A stretch of 64,000 bases of DNA from an uncultured Verrucomicrobiales bacterium. Lineage in GTDB: Bacteria; Verrucomicrobiota; Verrucomicrobiia; Verrucomicrobiales; DEV007. The stretch is from contig CALKOM010000026.1 of assembly GCA_938091905.1 (NCBI GenBank), positions 7,338 to 71,337 of the forward strand, in the 5' to 3' direction. The notes beneath the pieces are model-generated. The model did no database searches. It was not told the DNA's origin and worked only from the letters and a program-made list of their open reading frames with translations. This document shows positions 59,001 to 64,000 of the stretch, piece after piece; positions within the stretch are counted from its first letter, which is position 1; the number at the start of each line of letters is the position of its first letter. A program made the translations under genes and the position numbers.

Positions 59001-59328
59001 GGAGCTGGTTCCAGTCGTCTCTCAAGAAACCGCGGCCAAGCTGGAGCCAGGCAATGCAGAACGTGGCAAGACCTTGTTCTTCACCCACCAAGTCGCCGCC
59101 TGCAATCGTTGCCACCAAGTCGGCGGCGAAGGCGGCAACATCGGCCCCGCGCTCGACGGCATCGCCGCCCGCAAAGGTGAAGACTACCTCCGCAAATCGC
59201 TCGTCGAACCCAACGCCGACATCGCCGAGAATTATCCCGCGCCGGTCTCTCCTATGCCACCGATGAATCTCTTGTTAGGCGAACAAGAAATCGAAGACGT
59301 CCTCGCCTACATTGCCACCCTGAAATAG
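56065..59328 (+). CDS. ThuA-like domain fused to a PVC-type membrane-bound-dehydrogenase beta-propeller, HEAT repeats, a CBM-like domain and a C-terminal CxxCH cytochrome c
   Basis: N-terminus ILFLGHDAKHH...GGGFIPVHCAS...GRVFYTASGHD is ThuA-like. LKLFASEPDIVNPMQLSWDERGRLWVIET is Piru_Ver-type dehydrogenase. HEAT-like DSNQFWRLTAQRLIVEG. C-terminus GKTLFFTHQVAACNRCHQVGGEGGNIGPALDG is heme-binding CNRCH. Confidence 0.85.
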   Translation: MRILVALLITLSISTSLMGRPTEGPVRILFLGHDAKHHPSNDYYPMLAEGLGPDGIYFDYHTDVEEAFGDYDYLSQFDGVLLYANHDTIERRLYNNLVKFIEEGGGFIPVHCASFCFRNQLGFINLVGGQFQHHKTGTFTAKIVDGKHPAMKDVQEFETWDETYVHTGHGEDRTILMVREPAGDEDNIKEPEPWTWIRTQGKGRVFYTASGHDDRVWKQDAFHQLIKSGILWAIGDERQASYQKFVGARKPMAYEKRDNIPNYERRDEPLPYQLPLKPEDSLAYTQVPVGWNLKLFASEPDIVNPMQLSWDERGRLWVIETTDYPNEVRAERKGDDKIKILEDTDGDGRCDKITVFADGLNIPTSLTFHDGGVIVHQAPVTLYLKDTDGDDRADVKETLIDGWGPGDTHAGPSNLRYGIDNKIWGTVGYSAFNGQIGGEEKRFGMGVYHFTQDGESMDFLHQFNNNTWGLGFNDTGDVFGSTANNNPSFYGGIPATVLPEGKGLSAKMIASTPKFHPITSRIRQVDAFGAYTAAAGHSFANSDAFPESWRGKRAFVAGPTGNLLGQYQAERDGAGFTSKNAFALVASVDEWFSPVAAEVGPDGNLWIADWYNFIIQHNPTPSSGRGGYDAKNGPGNAHVNPNRDREHGRIYRLVWDKAPESKIVSLAGASTDQLVSALHDSNQFWRLTAQRLIVEGNSEDAVAALKTGTTQEGIGASHALWALHGMGKLDAETHRAALLSADPVLRRNAVRALSKSEAGVALLFESAVINDPDLTTRLAAFVALAEFRTSDPIKNAVKNLLGNAENLNDEWLSAALKASAKHHGVDGFDATSFEPGADLLTKAEWTPRTYSGGDNGGTYTKPDSEGIEGSDCLKIVVTKPMDTSFHTVIGVKANTRYRLSGKIKTKDVKGNAMGALLNVHEIQGGDNRALTKSLKGNQDWTEVSVDFNSEGRREISINALFGGWGQSTGTAWYDDIKLQELVPVVSQETAAKLEPGNAERGKTLFFTHQVAACNRCHQVGGEGGNIGPALDGIAARKGEDYLRKSLVEPNADIAENYPAPVSPMPPMNLLLGEQEIEDVLAYIATLK

Positions 59329-59369
59329 TTTCGTAGCGGTGGCGTCCCGCCGCCGAAAGGTGGGTTCTC

Positions 59370-60533
59370 ATGCGTAACGTTGCTGTCTTTATCGAGAGTT
59401 CCACCCAGTATGGGCGAAACATGCTCCAAGGTGTGGCGCAGTATGCCCAGCTGGCGGGGTGGCGGCTGTATTACGAGCAGGGTGGGCTGAATCGCGAGGA
59501 GCCCGAATGGCTACGTGATTGGCAGGGTGATGGCGTGATTACTCGCGCGGCTCGCATGCGCTTCTCACCCAAGCTTGCGGCGAAGGGCATGGCGGTCATT
59601 CGGTGGGACGGCGATCCTATGGGGCCTCGCCCAAAGGATGTTCCTCACTCTGATGAGGAAGCCATTGGGAAACTTGCGGCGACCTATTTCATGAGGAAAG
59701 GGTTCCGCCATTTCGCCTTTGTCGGCTTTCATGATGCGGTTTACTCTGACATGCGTCAAGAGGCCTTCCACCTAGAGGTGGAGCAGGCCGGTCACCCGCC
59801 CGTTCAAGACTTCATTACCAGCAGGGCTGAAGTCCACCATGCGGACCAGGAAGACGCCGCGCGACAATTCCTGCGGTCGCTTCCCAATCCCTGTGCGGTC
59901 TTCTGTGCCACAGATGAACGCGCGGCTCAGATCCTCGGAATTGCGGCCGATTGTGGCCGCACCGTCCCCGAACAGTTGTCCGTTCTTGGGGTGGACAACG
60001 ATCCCATTCTTTGCCAGATCTCGCATCCCTCACTTTCTAGCATCAATACCAACGCTTCTGCCGCAGGATTGGCCGTAGCAGAGCGCCTCGACGCGATGAT
60101 GCATCAACGCGAGCCAGCCCCCGTGACGCTTATCCAACCGGCCGGCGTGGTGGAACGGGTGTCCACCGGCATGGAAGCCGTTGATGATCCCCACCTCCGA
60201 AGAGCACTAGCATTCATGCGAATGTCGGTTCGAAAGCCGTTCAAAGTCGATGACGTGGCCCAGGCTGCGGGGATCTCCCGACGGTCCCTTGAGTATCGCT
60301 TCCGTGAACAGCTCCAGACATCCATGGCGGTGTTCATGCGGAGGCAGAAGGTCGAGGAAATCAAGAAGCTGCTGCTCCAGACCGACTACACCTTGGACAA
60401 GATTGCGGAAAGCGTCGGCATCGAACTGCAGCAGTTGCACGCGCTCTTTCACAAGGTAGACGGAATCTCACCAGGGAAATTCCGCAAGGCGAACCCGACT
60501 TCGAGGGTGACTCCGTGCGACCCGCTCAGATGA
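59370..60533 (+). CDS. XylR-like regulator (periplasmic-binding-protein/LacI-type sensor plus AraC HTH)
   Basis: The N-terminus VAVFIESSTQYGRNMLQGVAQYA...VGFHD...LSVLGVDND is a sugar-binding fold. The C-terminus is AraC HTH (VDDVAQAAGISRRSLEYRFREQL...). Confidence 0.8.
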   Translation: MRNVAVFIESSTQYGRNMLQGVAQYAQLAGWRLYYEQGGLNREEPEWLRDWQGDGVITRAARMRFSPKLAAKGMAVIRWDGDPMGPRPKDVPHSDEEAIGKLAATYFMRKGFRHFAFVGFHDAVYSDMRQEAFHLEVEQAGHPPVQDFITSRAEVHHADQEDAARQFLRSLPNPCAVFCATDERAAQILGIAADCGRTVPEQLSVLGVDNDPILCQISHPSLSSINTNASAAGLAVAERLDAMMHQREPAPVTLIQPAGVVERVSTGMEAVDDPHLRRALAFMRMSVRKPFKVDDVAQAAGISRRSLEYRFREQLQTSMAVFMRRQKVEEIKKLLLQTDYTLDKIAESVGIELQQLHALFHKVDGISPGKFRKANPTSRVTPCDPLR

Positions 60534-61278
60534 ACTGCTTCCGGTATTGAAGCGGAGTCAATCCCATCGCTTTCTTAAACTTCACCGTGAATGAACTCTG
60601 ATCGTAGAACCCCAATTCGAACGCGATGTCTCCGATGGATAGTGAGTGGTTCCTAAGCATCTCGCAGGAATCATGGATACGCATCTTCATGATGTGCTGC
60701 TGCGGACTCAGATGGTAATAGCCTTTAAATTTGCGTTCAAATTGTCGCAGTGACACTTTGCAAGATTCTGCTAGGGCCTTGATAGATATCTTCTCCCGGT
60801 AGTGACTGTAGATGAAGTCCATCGCCTTTCGGATGTCTCGTCCGCCATCGTATCTCTGCTCGTACTGCTGGTAGTCTTGAATGATTCCCATAATACCCAA
60901 GACCTTGTCGGTTCGCGAAATAATCGGGATTTTACTCGTGACGAACCAGGAGGGGATTCCTTGGCGATTGAGAAAGAGTTCCACCAGGTTTCTCACCGGT
61001 TGGCGGCTTTGCATGATTGCTAGATCATCCTGCCGAAACTTCTCCGCCAGTCGCCTAGGCAACAGATCAAAATCAGTGTGTCCGATAAACTCGTCCTCGG
61101 TCTTGAATCCGTAGAGCGCCACGAGGTGATGGTTCGCGGCGAGGAGGACTCCCTCGCAGTCCTTGGCAAAGAACGACAGTCCCTCGACGTATTCAAAGAG
61201 ATGGTAGAATCGGTTTTCGGGTCCGATCGAATCGAGGAGGAGCTCTCGCCGTTCGCGTGTTTCAGAGGTGCTGATCAT
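60526..61278 (-). CDS. PAS-domain AraC-family transcriptional regulator (paralogue of 54117..54860)
   Basis: Same architecture and length (250 aa) as 54117..54860. AraC HTH: IKALAESCKVSLRQFERKFKGYYHLSPQQHIMKMRIHDSCEML...LGFYDQSSFTVKFKKAMGLTPLQYRK. Confidence 0.8.
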   Translation of the reverse strand: MISTSETRERRELLLDSIGPENRFYHLFEYVEGLSFFAKDCEGVLLAANHHLVALYGFKTEDEFIGHTDFDLLPRRLAEKFRQDDLAIMQSRQPVRNLVELFLNRQGIPSWFVTSKIPIISRTDKVLGIMGIIQDYQQYEQRYDGGRDIRKAMDFIYSHYREKISIKALAESCKVSLRQFERKFKGYYHLSPQQHIMKMRIHDSCEMLRNHSLSIGDIAFELGFYDQSSFTVKFKKAMGLTPLQYRKQFI

Positions 61279-61417
61279 TCAGAGATAATGTCGCATTTAT
61301 AATAAAACGGTTCCACTGGTAGCAAGACGAAACGGGCTTTCAAGTCTTCCTTTCTATCGTCGCTGCATCTTACTGGCGCAGTGCTAGTGAGCAGAAACAG
61401 AAACTGCCCTAACCTTT

Positions 61418-63712
61418 ATGTCTCAAGATCCCGTCTACAAGGTCGCCATCGTGGGGCTCAGCTTTGGTGCTGAATTTATCCCCATTTATCAACGCCATCA
61501 TTCGCGTGAGGATGGCGGTCAAGGTGATCAACCGCCCAACTTTCTTGGTCAGTTTGTCGGCTCGTTAGATGAAGTTGCGATCTATGATAAGAATCTGAGT
61601 GGATCGTACGTTTCCGCCCACTTTGCCGCGGCGAGCGAGCCTGTAGGTGATCCTTTCCTGTCATTACCACGAGACGCGATCTTCGGTCTCCTCGAACCTG
61701 AGCCCACGATTCAGAATCGGTCCTTCCTGGTGAGGAATAGCGGAAAGACGCAGACATTGACGATTACCGCAGTGACCGTTTCTGGCGCAGATGCGGATCA
61801 TTTCACGGCCCTTTCCAACCCCTCCACGCTTGCGCCAGGAGAATCTGCCCCTGTGGAAGTGCGGTTCAACTTCAAAGGACAATCCGGCGGCTTCGTTGCG
61901 AATATTGACTTCGCTTCCAACGCGGAAGACAGGCCCATTCGCACACTGACGCTCTCAGCCCGCATCGAACCGCCTAGCGGAGTCACCTCTTACTACCGGC
62001 TCGATGAAGCGGAAGGCGAAGTGGCGACAGACTCAGGTGGGCTGGCTCGCAACGGAACATACGTGGGCGATCTCACACTGGGACAAGAAACTGTAGCAGC
62101 GGACTCATCGGTCGCCTTCAATGGCGGTTATGTGGAGATCGATGGTCGCGATTTCCAAACCTTTGGCGAAGAATATTCCATTTCCCTCTGGGTGAATGCA
62201 TCGGGAGATGCGTTGGGAACGCTATTCTCGAAAGGTGATGGAGGCGCTGAGTTTATCCTCGCCTCAACGAGCGGCGCACTCATCTGGTTTTTCGGTGGCC
62301 TCGATGAAGGCGAGAATCAGAAGATCGCCACGGATGCCGTTCTCACCAATGGTCAGAGCCATCACATTGTGCTCGTGCAAACAGGCGGCGAAGCCATCAT
62401 CTACGTCGATGGCAACGAAGTTGGCCGAGCAGAGTCTCCTGCCCCGGAGAGTTCGAGCGCAGATTTTCTCATCGGTGCTCTGGACAATGGCGGCGACATT
62501 GGTGTCGGCTTTAACGGGCGTCTAGATGACCTTCAGGTGTTTGAGAAAGCGCTCTCGGCAGAAGACGTGGGTAAGATCATGGCCAGTCCAGGCGAGATCT
62601 ACACCGGTGATACTCCCGCCCCGGCGAGTTACGCTGAACTTGTCATGGCAGATGGTGCGGTCGCCTACTGGCGCTTTGAAGAAGCTGAGGGTGCCGCCAC
62701 GGCTACCGACAGCACAGGCGGTGGCACAGACGGCACTTACAATGGTGTCACGTTAGGCCAACTCGGCCGGTCCGCCGATCTCGGAACGGCTGCCCAATGG
62801 TCCGAGCCTGGCGAGCCGGGTTCTTCTAACATTGATTTCGGCGAGCCAGGTGCTGGTGCGATTGCGCAATTGACGAACATTGACGCGCCGCAAGATGACA
62901 ACTTTGATGAGGAGAAGGAAGCCTCACTAGAGTTCTGGATGAAGACCTCGCAAGTGAGCGGCAACGGCGACAACTGGCGTTCTCCCGTTGTCTTCGGTCG
63001 TGAAAGTCCTGGCGATGGCGACATCCAATGGGGTTGGGTGACCAACGCGGGTGAAATTGGCTTCGCCGTGAATGACGCGGGTGGCGGTGTCTATCGCGGA
63101 CCAGTCATCAACGACGACCGATGGCATCACGTGGTGCAGACCTTTGATTTCGGAAGTGGTGAATTCGCCACTTACGTGGATGGCGCTGCCGTCGTGATGG
63201 AGACCACTGGTGCCAATCGCGCTCAAGATGCCGACGCGCTCATTCAATACATGGGCTGGAATCATCACGTCGATGGTGGTGCCGGTGACGCCTCGCCACA
63301 TCTGCTAGGCCAATATGTCGGCCTGTTAGACGAAGCGGCTATCTAAACTAACATTATCCCGTTAGAGCAAGTGAGGGCTCATTTTGATCTCGTTACTGTT
63401 GATAGCCCACCAGTTGGCGATTCCGATAATGACGGCGCTTCCGATGCCGATGAAGCCATTGCAGGCACCGATCCGAACGATCCCACGGATAGCTTCCGTA
63501 TCATCGCTACTCTCAGAGGGGCCGATGGCGTAGAGCTAAGTTGGCCCGCCGTTGATGGCAAGGTCTACGATGTGGAATACTCGGCAGACTTGATCACGTG
63601 GGCGGTGATCTCAGAAAGCGTCGACACCGCAGATGGGATCGGCGCGTAAGCGGATGTCGATGCTGACCGTACAGGGGCTTCGGGTGGCTACTACCGCGCG
63701 ACCGTGCGGTGA
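61418..63712 (+). pseudogene. Chimeric, nonsense-interrupted LamG-repeat gene carrying the 5' end of a Gfo/Idh/MocA oxidoreductase
   Basis: Codons 8-26, KVAIVGLSFGAEFIPIYQRH, match the start of the 54933 oxidoreductase. From about codon 40 the sequence is the tail of a LamG domain (FLGQFVGSLDEVAIYDKNLS), followed by two full LamG domains. In-frame TAA at 63344-63346 (LLDEAAI*) and at 63647-63649; the frame continues to TGA 63710-63712. Confidence 0.65.
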
Positions 63713-63770
63713 TTTCCTTGAATCGGCTGGGTTTCGGTGACACGCTCTCAGCGAAACCCTCGAATCGCCT

Positions 63771-64000
63771 TTGAAACCGCTATTACTCATCCAGCTGTTC
63801 GTCTTGCTGAGCGTTTCGCTCTGCCATGCACAGATTGTCATCAACGAGATTCATTTCGATCCTGTTGAAGCCCAATTGAATGACGAGTTCGTCGAACTCT
63901 ACAACGCGGGTGACGAGACCGTTGATGTGTCAGCATGGCGTCTATCAGGGGCGGTCGCGTTTACAGTACCGCAAGGAACCAATCCGTTGAAGCCTGGCGG
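63771..64000 (+). CDS. LTD (lamin-tail-domain) secreted protein, N-terminal part (runs off window end)
   Basis: Open frame from TTG 63771: (M)KPLLLIQLFVLLSVSLCHAQIVINEIHFDPVEAQLNDEFVELYNAGDETVDVSAWRLSG. This is a signal peptide plus the INEIhydP...EfvELyN LTD start. It is truncated, so it is absent from the ORF track. Confidence 0.6.
   Translation, partial: MKPLLLIQLFVLLSVSLCHAQIVINEIHFDPVEAQLNDEFVELYNAGDETVDVSAWRLSGAVAFTVPQGTNPLKPG

Noticed and set aside
14947-63649. The many in-frame TGA, TAA and TAG codons might indicate an alternative genetic code or systematic stop-codon recoding, such as TGA read as Trp.
   Set aside because: All three stop codons occur as interruptions. The same codons terminate dozens of intact genes here. 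Very long ORFs of up to 1250 codons contain none in frame. Several affected loci also carry frameshifts or deletions. Ordinary pseudogenisation explains this better.

Overview
This 64-kb chromosomal window looks like a PVC-superphylum bacterium, most likely Verrucomicrobiota. The pointers are PEP-CTERM sorting signals, many Cys-type sulfatases with a formylglycine-generating enzyme, a PVC-type CxxCH heme protein, LTD/CotH/LamG/FG-GAP secreted giants and a DUF1585 remnant. All family calls come from motif recognition by eye; no database search was run.

Content by region:
- 1-4.2 kb: a housekeeping block with dnaX, ybaB, an FmdB-type zinc-ribbon gene, an FGE gene and a His6-type hisA.
- 4.2-12 kb: secreted LTD/CotH/PEP-CTERM proteins and orphan secreted proteins.
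- 12.8-34.6 kb: a sulfated-glycan or amino-sugar catabolic neighbourhood. It holds a PIG-L deacetylase, two sulfatases, a ceramidase-like hydrolase, an amidohydrolase, a NagB-like isomerase, an MFS transporter and a Gfo/Idh/MocA oxidoreductase.
- 36.5-45.9 kb: an ECF sigma factor, hrpB and a PL11 lyase.
- 46-50 kb: a translationally coupled membrane protein, MFS and GT4 trio, followed by a separate nitrilase-superfamily hydrolase gene.
- 50.3-54 kb: a 1223-aa FG-GAP/ASPIC protein.
- 54-61.3 kb: a sugar-oxidation module (ThuB-like oxidoreductase plus a ThuA-dehydrogenase-cytochrome c fusion) with three AraC-type regulators.

I saw no rRNA, tRNA or CRISPR array.

The most notable observations:
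1. A 281-bp MITE-like element with perfect 12-bp terminal inverted repeats and an 8-bp target duplication sits inside an IS3 transposase gene.
2. That IS3 copy carries several inactivating lesions and abuts the 5' end of the PL11 lyase gene.
3. A chimeric ORF joins the first ~27 codons of a Gfo/Idh/MocA gene to a LamG-repeat protein.
4. An XRE-type HTH gene has two reading frames bridged exactly at a G_GGT_TTT slippery heptamer.
5. The density of decayed genes is unusually high: ten loci with in-frame stops and simple-repeat frameshifts.

I did not find a clear novel multi-gene system such as a defence island.
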